From Candidatus Delongbacteria bacterium (GTDB lineage Bacteria; CAIWAD01): a DNA stretch of 64,000 bases. A program made the translations under genes and the position numbers. Under the pieces are notes generated by a model that worked only from the letters and a program-made list of their open reading frames with translations, had not been told where the DNA came from and made no database searches. Below are positions 28,675 to 37,969 of this stretch, piece after piece. Location: positions 1,568,001-1,632,000 of the forward strand of contig OY760505.1 in the NCBI GenBank assembly GCA_963663545.1, given 5' to 3'. Position 1 is the stretch's first letter. Every line of letters begins with the position of its first letter.

Positions 28675-30054
28675 TCATACAGGCTTTGGCAGTTCTTCCA
28701 GGGGAGTGCCCTCAACATGAGTAACACAGCCGCGCAGAGTAAAAGCCGACACCTCATCCACTCGAACGTGCACCAGGGAACCGATACCAAAACGTGGATC
28801 ACGGGGAAAGACCGCAACACGGTTGCACGAGGTGCGCCCCGTCAGCTCATTGTCGCTCTTTTTGCTGGTGGATTCAACCAGCACCTCGTAGCTGCGCCTC
28901 TTGCAGGCCGCGGCATTTTCGAGGGTGATCCGCCGTTGCAGATCAATCAACTGCTGCAGACGACGTCCTTTGACTTCAGGCGGAACGTCGTCCTCCCACC
29001 TGGCGGATTCGGCTCCTTCGCGGGGGCTGTAGGCAAAGGTGAAGGCGCTATCAAAGCGCACTTCTTCCACAACACGCAGCGTATCCTGAAAGTCCCTCTC
29101 GCTCTCGCCGGGAAAGCCTACAATAATATCGGTGCCCAGTCCCAGATCCGGCATCAGACGACGCGCCTCGCTCACGAGCTCCAGAAATCGCTCTGCCGTG
29201 TAGCCGCGACGCATGCGCTTGAGCACATCGTTGCCGCCCGCTTGCAGCGGGAGGTGCATATGATGGCAGACCTTGGGGTTGCCAGCCATCTCGTGCAGAA
29301 CATCGGCACTGAAATCCTTGGGATGCGGGCTGGTAAAGCGAATGCGATCCACGCCCTCAACGGCAGAAACGGCACGCAACAGATGCGCGAAACCCGCGCC
29401 TTGCTCGCTGGCAACCAGGTGCTGCCGGTCACGGAAACTGTTGACGTTCTGCCCCAGCAGCGTGATTTCGCGAAAACCCTGTGCTGCAGCGTGACGCACT
29501 TCTTCGACCACAGCCTCGACGCGGCGGCTGCGCTCCCGTCCACGCGTATAGGGCACAATGCAGTAGGCGCACATATTGTTGCAGCCGCGCATGATGGTCA
29601 CCCAGGCGTTAACGCCGCTGCCGCGTGTCGGATAGAGCTCCTCGTAGATCTCGCTGCTGTCCAGCTCCGCCAGCAGGCGTGGTGCGGCACCAGCTCGCAA
29701 ATCGGCGATTACGCGAGGAAGCTGTCGGTACTGGTCCGGGCCCATGACCAGGTCCAGCGCCGAATTGCCTTCGAGCAACTTGCCCGCCAGGTGCGTGCTC
29801 ATGCAGCCCAGAATGCCGATGATCGTGCCCGGTCGCTGATCCTTGTGCTGCTTGTAGCGTGCGATCTGCGCCAATACACGGTTCTCGGCGCCTTCGCGCA
29901 CCGCGCATGTATTGGCCAAGACGATGTCTGCGTTGTCGATTGTCTGGGTTTGCGCGTATCCCGCTCCGCGCAGCAGCGTTGCTACCAGCTCGCTGTCATT
30001 GACATTCATCTGGCAGCCGTAGGTCTCAAGGTAGAAGGTCGGGGATTGGCTCAT
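28675..30054 (-). CDS. miaB: tRNA-2-methylthio-N6-dimethylallyladenosine synthase
   Basis: ETYGCQMN, GCNNMCAYCIVPYTRG, TDIIVGFPGE, C-terminal TRAM domain. Confidence 0.96.
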   Translation of the reverse strand: MSQSPTFYLETYGCQMNVNDSELVATLLRGAGYAQTQTIDNADIVLANTCAVREGAENRVLAQIARYKQHKDQRPGTIIGILGCMSTHLAGKLLEGNSALDLVMGPDQYRQLPRVIADLRAGAAPRLLAELDSSEIYEELYPTRGSGVNAWVTIMRGCNNMCAYCIVPYTRGRERSRRVEAVVEEVRHAAAQGFREITLLGQNVNSFRDRQHLVASEQGAGFAHLLRAVSAVEGVDRIRFTSPHPKDFSADVLHEMAGNPKVCHHMHLPLQAGGNDVLKRMRRGYTAERFLELVSEARRLMPDLGLGTDIIVGFPGESERDFQDTLRVVEEVRFDSAFTFAYSPREGAESARWEDDVPPEVKGRRLQQLIDLQRRITLENAAACKRRSYEVLVESTSKKSDNELTGRTSCNRVAVFPRDPRFGIGSLVHVRVDEVSAFTLRGCVTHVEGTPLEELPKPV

Positions 30055-30079
30055 AGTGGCTTTCTATCGGTTCAGGCAG

Positions 30080-31453
30080 CTATTGAATGCACAAGGGAAC
30101 GGTCTGCCCTTCTGCTTTCAGAAAAACGATGCCAGCAGCAGTAGCTGGCAATTGTATCACATGAACTCCATCGTGGCCTTCCAGCGGAAGTGTAGCCAGC
30201 GCCTGCCCCGCCAGGTTGAAGACGGACAGGTTTTCGACGGGACGCGAGAGTCGCAGAGAGCGCACTCGTGCACCAGGATTGGGCCAAAGGGCGACGATGG
30301 CCTCTGTCGAGAATACGATCTGCTCCCAGGCAAGCGACCAGCTTGCATACACGCTACTCGCATTGCAGAAGAGAATGTAGTCACGAGCGGCGAGCTGAAG
30401 TGTGTCACCGATCTGCAGTGTTTCCGGCTGATAGGAGCCGTAACGCATCAGACGGATACAGCCCGGCAAGGCCTGGATAGTGGCCTCAAGAGAATAGGTC
30501 CCAGCGGCAGGTAGTCTGCGTGCAACACAACTCAACTCCTGCAATGTGCCTTGACTTGCGCCTCCAGTAGCGGGAAGTAATGCGGGGATCAACTCGGTTC
30601 CCACCTCGGGAAATGCTGCGAGCTCTGTGATACACGGATCCGCGCCAGCAGGAATGGGAATTCCGCTCTGCAGGATCTCGCACATGGCGGCGGCATACGT
30701 GTCGGCGGCATCGCCCGATTGGTTCAGAAAAACGCTCCACGCACGATGCTCGCCATCCAGCTCGAGAAAGGTATTCAACAGCGGAGTCGTGTCTGCCCAA
30801 CGACACAGCGCATGCTTGACCACCATTGCCGCGCCGTACTCGCGCGTGCCGTCTGTGCTACTCAGGGGACGGTCAAGATCTTCGAGGAACGCGGGCGCGT
30901 AACGCGTCACCCAGTCGTCTAGATCCGGATACGTGTAGTCTTCGGCCCAGACAGCGCTGGCTTCCAAAAAGGCACGATCGCGTTCGTCAATGCCATCGCT
31001 CAATGCAGCCAATTGGAAGGCGTGGAACAACTCGTGTGCTACGGTGACACGTGTCACGGATAGTGGATCACCACCGAAATCGGCCATATTGCTGGCCACA
31101 TACATCTCGCTCAGGCCGTTGCCCAGAATCATTGTTCCACCGGGAAAGCCCTGACGCACCAGATATATGGGATAGCTTAGGCGTTCCCCGAGTGGGACCT
31201 GCCATGCACCGGGAAATGCCTCGTATGCGCTCCGGGCTGCTGTGGCGGCTTCCAGGACCGCCTGCACCTGCTCGCTGCTGCTGACGCTTTCACCACTGCC
31301 GTTCCAAAACACACAGAAGAAGCCGTCATCGCTGCAACTACTGAACTCGAACTCTTCTGCAACAGACAATGCGCCCGTTGGCGTGAGAAAGCAGCTTCGC
31401 GCCTGAGCAGAAAATGCTGCACCAAGCAGCACAATCAGAAAGAGGAGCCTCAT
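30080..31453 (-). CDS. Secreted zinc metallopeptidase-like protein with degenerate T9SS-type C-terminal domain
   Basis: Signal peptide; AHELFHAFQ plus downstream EASAVWAED; C-terminal LWPNP...VFNLAGQ. Confidence 0.75.
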   Translation of the reverse strand: MRLLFLIVLLGAAFSAQARSCFLTPTGALSVAEEFEFSSCSDDGFFCVFWNGSGESVSSSEQVQAVLEAATAARSAYEAFPGAWQVPLGERLSYPIYLVRQGFPGGTMILGNGLSEMYVASNMADFGGDPLSVTRVTVAHELFHAFQLAALSDGIDERDRAFLEASAVWAEDYTYPDLDDWVTRYAPAFLEDLDRPLSSTDGTREYGAAMVVKHALCRWADTTPLLNTFLELDGEHRAWSVFLNQSGDAADTYAAAMCEILQSGIPIPAGADPCITELAAFPEVGTELIPALLPATGGASQGTLQELSCVARRLPAAGTYSLEATIQALPGCIRLMRYGSYQPETLQIGDTLQLAARDYILFCNASSVYASWSLAWEQIVFSTEAIVALWPNPGARVRSLRLSRPVENLSVFNLAGQALATLPLEGHDGVHVIQLPATAAGIVFLKAEGQTVPLCIQ

Positions 31454-33420
31454 CGCAAAAGCGTCACTTTGCGGATTTGCGTTGTCGCCGCACCGCCGTC
31501 GGCGGGTACGAGCTCAAAACGCAGGAAGTAAATGCCAGCCGCGTAGGCGTCCATGTTCAGGGTGAAATGGGTCTCGCCCGAACGCACGTAACGCTGCGGA
31601 TCTTGTATCACAGTCTGTCCCAGCAGATTGTGGACCGACAGCTTCAAGGTTCCAGTTGTCGGTGCCAGGTAAGAAATCACCGTGGTTGGATTGAAGGGAT
31701 TGGGATATACGCTGATCGCGATTTCTGGTGTACGTGGCACACTTGGCAGCGGAGTCGATTCACTTGGAAGCTCCTCATCGCCTTGCAGAAGCACAAGATC
31801 ATCAATGGCAATACCGTAGGACCATTGTCCGTGATACACAATCGCCACTTGCACACTGTCTGTAGCCGAAAGCGCAGACAAAGTCGCGCTGCGGCATTCC
31901 CACTCTTCGGTCGGTTCAGGAAGATCCAGTAGCGTCCACGGGTTGTTGCTTCGCGCACGGCCCAATACGTCAACGCGGCTACCGTAGCCCTCGGCGTAAT
32001 ACAGGGAGTATCCCAGAAAAAGTGCGTTGTCAGCCTCTGCATTCACAAGCGCGGTCATGGGTGCAAAGAGGGTGTCACTCTGCTCAACAGCGCTCCTGTC
32101 ATTATACAGGCTACCTTGTGCGTCGCTGTTGATGAAGAAGAACTGGCTGTGATACGGCACGGTAAAATTGATCGAACTGACGTACTCGCCAATACTCCAT
32201 CCCGTCTGGCTAAGACTGTTTTGCTGCCAGCCAGCAAGGGCCTGTTCGCTTGTATCCGCTTCGCAGTTCTGGTACCACCGGTAGAAGTCCGATTCTTCTT
32301 CCCAGGGAAGGGCACTGAATGACAAGCGGTCGTAGCTGGATATCACCTTTAGCGTTTGTGTGGTATCTGTAGTACTCACGGTATCAACAATTCCGATCCA
32401 GTCGGGAACGAAGCTTGTATCACGTAGATCGATCGTCTTCTGCTCTACGATGGCGAAAACCAGCGAGTCGATCTGCACCCCCGTGTTACTATAGGTCACG
32501 TCATCCAAAGTAAACGAGGCCAACACGTTTACATCCAGTTCTACACTGCTGTTAGCAGAGATCTGGACAAACTCGTCTGTATCACCGTCAGGGCCAACCA
32601 ACTGCGTACCACTGTGCTCAATCCAGAAGGCACCGGAAAAATCCGGTACGGCATCAATGCGAAGGTTCAAGGCCGTTTCGCCGACATTCCAGAGCTCTAC
32701 GGTCTTGACGAGATAGCTGTCCGCGGGAATGGCACCGAACGCAGTCAGATCGTAGCGTGACTCACGGAAGTAGCTACCCGACGCCACGACTTCAAGATTC
32801 GTTCCCACGACCTGATCCACCAGCAGGATGTACCGATCCTCAGAGAGACACCGCACGGCGTAGTAATAGAAAGGTGGATTGTATTGCACGGGGATGTCCT
32901 CGGTCCAGGTCTCCCAGCTTGCCAACACGTGCACCATGCTTTCGCGAACCTCGAACTGACTGAGGCTGGCTCGCAACTCATCCTCGCTGAGAACTTCATC
33001 CGTTGTCAGCCGCAGGATCTCCGCTGATTCCAGATAGTCGACGTCCTGGCTGCAGAGCTTGATGCTGATGCGACAGGTTACCGTGCTGCCGTCCTCATTT
33101 GGCTCGTCGGGCAGCAAGGGCGGAGAAATCAGCCAATCATTGTTGGCGCGGCGATCTGCGTTGTAACGGCAACCCATCGCATGTGTACCCTCAGGCGTCG
33201 ATGCGATGTAGTTCTCGCTCTCGGACATCTGCTGCCAACTGCTTCCCGAACTGTCAGCGTCCACGATGGTCCAGTTCAGTCGCCACTGATCGTCTTCAAA
33301 GCCCTCGCTCAGTACGGCATCTGTTAATACCTGACGGCCTCTTTTTTGTATCACACCAGCAACCGCACACAAGGCCAGTACTAAGAGCAGTCCATTCGCA
33401 ATGGTAACACGCCGTATCAC
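31450..33420 (-). CDS. Secreted protein with cleaved-adhesin/choice-of-anchor J-like domain and T9SS type A sorting domain
   Basis: EGFE...WTIVDAD...NNDWLISP; C-terminal YPNPFNPTT...GIYFLR...KVTLLR. Confidence 0.8.
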   Translation of the reverse strand: MIRRVTIANGLLLVLALCAVAGVIQKRGRQVLTDAVLSEGFEDDQWRLNWTIVDADSSGSSWQQMSESENYIASTPEGTHAMGCRYNADRRANNDWLISPPLLPDEPNEDGSTVTCRISIKLCSQDVDYLESAEILRLTTDEVLSEDELRASLSQFEVRESMVHVLASWETWTEDIPVQYNPPFYYYAVRCLSEDRYILLVDQVVGTNLEVVASGSYFRESRYDLTAFGAIPADSYLVKTVELWNVGETALNLRIDAVPDFSGAFWIEHSGTQLVGPDGDTDEFVQISANSSVELDVNVLASFTLDDVTYSNTGVQIDSLVFAIVEQKTIDLRDTSFVPDWIGIVDTVSTTDTTQTLKVISSYDRLSFSALPWEEESDFYRWYQNCEADTSEQALAGWQQNSLSQTGWSIGEYVSSINFTVPYHSQFFFINSDAQGSLYNDRSAVEQSDTLFAPMTALVNAEADNALFLGYSLYYAEGYGSRVDVLGRARSNNPWTLLDLPEPTEEWECRSATLSALSATDSVQVAIVYHGQWSYGIAIDDLVLLQGDEELPSESTPLPSVPRTPEIAISVYPNPFNPTTVISYLAPTTGTLKLSVHNLLGQTVIQDPQRYVRSGETHFTLNMDAYAAGIYFLRFELVPADGGAATTQIRKVTLLR

Positions 33421-34301
33421 AGTTCCACCTCCTCAACAAGCAGCGACAGATCAAAAGCCGGTGCGGAGTGGGTAATCGCGCCCAGTGAAATAAAATCTAC
33501 GCCAGCCTTGGCATATGAGATAAGTGTCGCTGCCGTGATACCACCGGACACTTCCAACTTGATGCGGCCCGCAGCCAGGGCAACGGCCTCCGGCACCAGG
33601 TCGGGCGTGAAGTTGTCCAGCATGGCGATCTCGGCTCCGGCGTCGACGGCAAGCTGCAGTTCATGAAGGCTTTCAACTTCGACCTCGATCTTCGCAGTCA
33701 GAGCCATTGTATCACGAAACTCGCGAGCTGCAACAATCGCCTGCGGTATTCCACCAGCTGCGCGAATGTGGTTCTCTTTGATCAGGAACATGTCGAACAG
33801 GCCGTGACGGTGGTTCGTTCCGCCACCGCAGCGAACCGCGTATTTCGCCAGCGCGCGCCATCCGGGGAGGGTCTTGCGCGTATCCAGAATGCGAAGACCT
33901 GCGGGCGCCAACTCAACGACCTTGTGCGTTGCCGTAGCAATGCCGGAAAGATGCTGCAGAAAGTTCAGCGCCGTCCTCTCGGCCGTAAGAATCACCTGCA
34001 GGGGCGCGTCAATCTCTACCAGTCGGTCCTGGGCGGCAACACTGTCGCCATCTTCCACCAAGATACGAAGCCGTGTATCACAGCCATCCGCTACTTCTTC
34101 GAATACGCACCGGACAAAGTCCATGCCGCAGATCACACCTGCCTGACGTGCTTCTATGCGCGCTCTGCCGCGGCGGTTTTGGGGAATGCAGGCCTGCGCA
34201 GTTATGTCTCCGCGAAGCCAGTCTGTATCACGGCCAAGATCTTCAGCCAGAGCCGCACGTACGCGGCAAAGGATTTCGTCTCGCGAGAGTTCCAGTCGCA
34301 T
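33417..34301 (-). CDS. nadC: Nicotinate-nucleotide pyrophosphorylase (carboxylating)
   Basis: ALAED, ERTALNFLQHLSGIAT, DTRKTLPG, NHRHGL, MLDNF, EVSGG. Confidence 0.96.
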   Translation of the reverse strand: MRLELSRDEILCRVRAALAEDLGRDTDWLRGDITAQACIPQNRRGRARIEARQAGVICGMDFVRCVFEEVADGCDTRLRILVEDGDSVAAQDRLVEIDAPLQVILTAERTALNFLQHLSGIATATHKVVELAPAGLRILDTRKTLPGWRALAKYAVRCGGGTNHRHGLFDMFLIKENHIRAAGGIPQAIVAAREFRDTMALTAKIEVEVESLHELQLAVDAGAEIAMLDNFTPDLVPEAVALAAGRIKLEVSGGITAATLISYAKAGVDFISLGAITHSAPAFDLSLLVEEVEL

Positions 34302-34302
34302 T

Positions 34303-37300
34303 CTATTCTCCCAGACGCCCCTGGTAGCGCAAGCTGTTAATCCTGTCTTGGGCTGCTTTGCCGTAACTGGATCCAGGACCACGCTGCTGAATAATCTGCT
34401 GGTACAGATCAACGGCCTTCCGCGGTTCGCCTAGCTGCTCCCAGCACTGGCCCGCCTGATAGAGCGCGGTTACATCCCAATCCAGACGGGTCTCGCTACC
34501 AAGATAGGGCACCTTCATGTATTCAAGGATCGCCTGGCGGTACTCGCCCTTCAGCTGGGCGCACTCGCCCACGTAGAACTGGATAGCCGCCTCCTGCTCC
34601 ACGTCGGCCTCTGGTAGTTGCGCGCGCAGTTGCTCACGCGCCTGATCGAGATTGCCCATTTCCTTTTGCAGCAGGCCAATATCGATGCGCTTGGCCACTG
34701 CATCATCGGATTGCGGAAACTCGTCCAAGTACTGCCGGATCGTCTGCAGTGCGCCGTCGTAGAAGCCAAGCTCTTTGTAACACACGATTAGATTGTTGTA
34801 CGCGAAACGGCGTGAATCAGGATCGGCACACTCATCAATGGCCTTGCGGAATTCGATAATCGCCTTCTGCGTATCACCTTCGGCTCGATACAAATGACCT
34901 CGCATTACGGCGCCTCGTGAGGCCTGCTCGCTTCCTGGCCAGCGCTTTTGCAGCCGCTCCAGCTCCTCCATGGCTTCACTCTTGTTCCCCGCTCCCATCA
35001 GCACTTGCGCCAGCGTCAAAGAAGCCGTGGGAGCGAATCGCGTGTCGATGAAATGCTTGAGCACATGCCGCAAAGAAACGGCTGCCTCATCGTAGTCCTG
35101 ATGTGCCGCCAGGTATTGGCCCTTGGCAAGATTGAATGCAGCCTTGACTGTATCACTATCAACCTGCGCATCGAAGTCATGGAGATAACTGCGCATTTCG
35201 TCGCGCCCCTGATCAAGACGGCCATGACGATAGAGGGCGGTGATCCATTCGTAGCGCAACTGCGGATCAGGGCTCCGAGCTGCGCCCAACCGCTCGAGCA
35301 CAGTCAGGGCAGAACCAAATTGGTCGCTGTCGACATAGAGCCGTGCCAGCTCACGCATTGCCGCCTGTGTGCGCGGATCGTCAGGAAAGACCAGGATTTG
35401 ATTCTTCAAGTAAAGGATCGCGCGATCCTTCTCGCCCTTTGCCGCGAGAATCAGGGCGGTTCGATAGAGAGCGTCAGCGGCTCGCGGATCACGTCCCGCC
35501 CCCGCCAAATACTGGCGAAAAGCCTCTATTGCGTGTTGGGATTCACCCATTTCGTGATACGCCACGCCAAGGTTGTAGGACAGTTCGCGACTGGGGTCCG
35601 GTACAATATCAATGCCGCTATCCATCTTCTGCGCCTGCTGTTGAAGCTCATTGTAGATGGCAAGCGCGTCCTGTGTGCGCCCTTCCCGCAAGTAAAGGCC
35701 GGCAATCAAACGCCGCGCCTCATCTGCCGCTGGATGATAGTAACTCCGCGAACGCAGACGCTCCAGCAGATCAAGTCGCTCCTGGTCCTGTGTTACATCA
35801 AGCGCGGCTAGACGCAGTTCCGCCTCAGCAATTGCAGCGGAATCTGTATCACGTGCGATCAGCCGTCGATACTCTCCGGCAGCCATGACAGCTTCGCCCA
35901 TTAACTCGAAAGCGACTCCCAGGGCCAGCGACGCTTCTGGGCTAAGCGCATCACGCAGCCGCAGACTGTCTCCCCAAGCCAGAACAAACTCGATTGCATC
36001 ACGGCGGCTAGCGCCTTCGGTACACTGCGCCTCGATTGCACTCAAGCGCAGTAGACGATTGGCTGCCCGCATGGCATTTGCACTTCCGGCCGTCTGGGAA
36101 GCATAAACCTGTTGCCAGTGTAACACGCGCTGCTCTACCGCAGAGCAATCCACCTCTTCTACACCGGAGAGCTTGAGCGGCGAGTAAGTCAACTCGTCCA
36201 GTTTCAGCTCAGCTTCCAGCGCGTGTGAGCTGCGCGGATAGTCCTGGAGAAAGCGACCTAAAGCCTGCACCGACGCGGCATCATCGACGGTTTCCTCTTC
36301 AAGCACACATCGAACCAGACCCCATTCGGCTTCGGTGCGCAAGGCGACATCGGAACCCTTCGCCGCAAGCTCATACTGCTGACGGGCCTGGGCTACATCG
36401 CGCAGATAGTCCAGATACAAACCGGCGAACTCCAGCGCGAGCTGTTGCGGATTCTCCTGCTGATTCTGTCGGACCAGCAATCCAAGTAAGCGTTCGTTAA
36501 GGCCCGCACTCTCTGCATGTCGACGAATCTGTGATACATACAACGCGTCGGCCTGTGGACGCAATGGCGAGAGCGGATACCTCTCGGTAAACTCGCGCCA
36601 GGCAGCTGCCGCCGCAGCATAGTCCTGCGTACGCACGCCCAAGCGTATACGACAAAGGGCCAAATCGTCTGAGAGCGGCCCGGGCCTGCTTCCATAGCGG
36701 TGAAGTAGTGTCGCGGCAACTGCCGTCTCACCTGCCGCAATCAGACCGTCAATCAGTTCCACGGGAACGCCGACATCCTCCGGTAAGGCGCAAAGCGGAG
36801 CGCCAACCTCCGGCCAGGGCAGTACAGCTCCAGGCAACACGCGGCTGATGCGCTGCAACTCGGACAGGACAACAGGTAGCAAACGTGCTTCCGTTTTCCC
36901 TGCCGTTGCTCGCTTCAGCAGATCGAGGTAGAGCGAAAACGCAGCAGAAAGATTGCCTTGTCTCGCCTCGCACCAGGCCAAGCGAAAATCGCTATCTGCA
37001 TCTGGCTGTGATACACTGGCATAAGCTTCGACCGCACGATCCCAGGTACCAGCAAAAGCGTAGGCGTTACCAGCCAGCAAACGCAGACTATCCTGCAGCG
37101 CGGGATCATCTTGATTCGCGCCCTCTGACCGCAGCCACCCGGTGACACGTTCTGCCGTTGTGCTGTACTCACCGGCTTGAATGTGAAGGCTTGCGCTTGT
37201 AACACGCAGAAGAGCGCGCTGCGGCAATTGATTGTAATCCTGCAAAATGCCGTCAACACTTCGCTGCGCGTCAGCCAAACGACCGTCTTCGGCAAGCAGA

Positions 37301-37959
37301 TTCGCCAGATCGATAGCAGCAGCAGCCTGAACCTGTCCTGCTGGTGCCAGGCGCAGCAAGCGTTCCAATTCGCGCAGTGCACGACTGTGCTGACCTGCGG
37401 CAAGATCCATAAGAGCCAATCGACGACGCGCCTCGAGCGATGCCTCGTGCCGATCATAGGCGCGTAGTAGCTGCTGCAAGATCTCGCGACGCTGTTCTAT
37501 CTCCTCCCGCGGCCAAAGCTCTTCGCTGCGCAAAAGAGAAGAAGCGGCCTCCGGGCTATCTGCATAGTACTCCGCAACACGCCGGAGTGTGTGCGCCGCC
37601 TCATCACGACGGCCAAGCATAACCAAACAGTCGGCGGTGCGCCCAAAGGCTCCTGGAGCCAGACTGGACTGAGGATGATTGATCGCCAGGCGCTGCCAGG
37701 CCCTGCGCGCCTCTTCGTACTCGCCCAGGGCGAACCAGCACTCGCCTTCCATCTGTAGCACTTCGTCCAGGCGCTGGCTCTCTGGAAAGTCACGACGCAG
37801 GCTACGGCATTGCTCTGCCGCCAAGTCGTACACGCCGTCGGCGTATAATTTGCGAGCATACTCCAGCTCGCGTGCCTCTCCCTGGCCGGCAGCGGCCACG
37901 GATTGCAGCGGCAGCAAAAAGCTCAACAGCACCAAAAAGCTCAGGAGAATTGTGCGCAT
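34303..37959 (-). CDS. Large exported tetratricopeptide-repeat protein
   Basis: Signal peptide MRTILLSFLV; many TPR-like units ending YP-S / FP-D; about 1218 aa. Confidence 0.85.
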   Translation of the reverse strand: MRTILLSFLVLLSFLLPLQSVAAAGQGEARELEYARKLYADGVYDLAAEQCRSLRRDFPESQRLDEVLQMEGECWFALGEYEEARRAWQRLAINHPQSSLAPGAFGRTADCLVMLGRRDEAAHTLRRVAEYYADSPEAASSLLRSEELWPREEIEQRREILQQLLRAYDRHEASLEARRRLALMDLAAGQHSRALRELERLLRLAPAGQVQAAAAIDLANLLAEDGRLADAQRSVDGILQDYNQLPQRALLRVTSASLHIQAGEYSTTAERVTGWLRSEGANQDDPALQDSLRLLAGNAYAFAGTWDRAVEAYASVSQPDADSDFRLAWCEARQGNLSAAFSLYLDLLKRATAGKTEARLLPVVLSELQRISRVLPGAVLPWPEVGAPLCALPEDVGVPVELIDGLIAAGETAVAATLLHRYGSRPGPLSDDLALCRIRLGVRTQDYAAAAAAWREFTERYPLSPLRPQADALYVSQIRRHAESAGLNERLLGLLVRQNQQENPQQLALEFAGLYLDYLRDVAQARQQYELAAKGSDVALRTEAEWGLVRCVLEEETVDDAASVQALGRFLQDYPRSSHALEAELKLDELTYSPLKLSGVEEVDCSAVEQRVLHWQQVYASQTAGSANAMRAANRLLRLSAIEAQCTEGASRRDAIEFVLAWGDSLRLRDALSPEASLALGVAFELMGEAVMAAGEYRRLIARDTDSAAIAEAELRLAALDVTQDQERLDLLERLRSRSYYHPAADEARRLIAGLYLREGRTQDALAIYNELQQQAQKMDSGIDIVPDPSRELSYNLGVAYHEMGESQHAIEAFRQYLAGAGRDPRAADALYRTALILAAKGEKDRAILYLKNQILVFPDDPRTQAAMRELARLYVDSDQFGSALTVLERLGAARSPDPQLRYEWITALYRHGRLDQGRDEMRSYLHDFDAQVDSDTVKAAFNLAKGQYLAAHQDYDEAAVSLRHVLKHFIDTRFAPTASLTLAQVLMGAGNKSEAMEELERLQKRWPGSEQASRGAVMRGHLYRAEGDTQKAIIEFRKAIDECADPDSRRFAYNNLIVCYKELGFYDGALQTIRQYLDEFPQSDDAVAKRIDIGLLQKEMGNLDQAREQLRAQLPEADVEQEAAIQFYVGECAQLKGEYRQAILEYMKVPYLGSETRLDWDVTALYQAGQCWEQLGEPRKAVDLYQQIIQQRGPGSSYGKAAQDRINSLRYQGRLGE

Positions 37960-37969
37960 TCCGGCCTCG

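Noticed and set aside
28645..30144. 499 aa plus-strand ORF
   Set aside because: Antisense shadow of miaB
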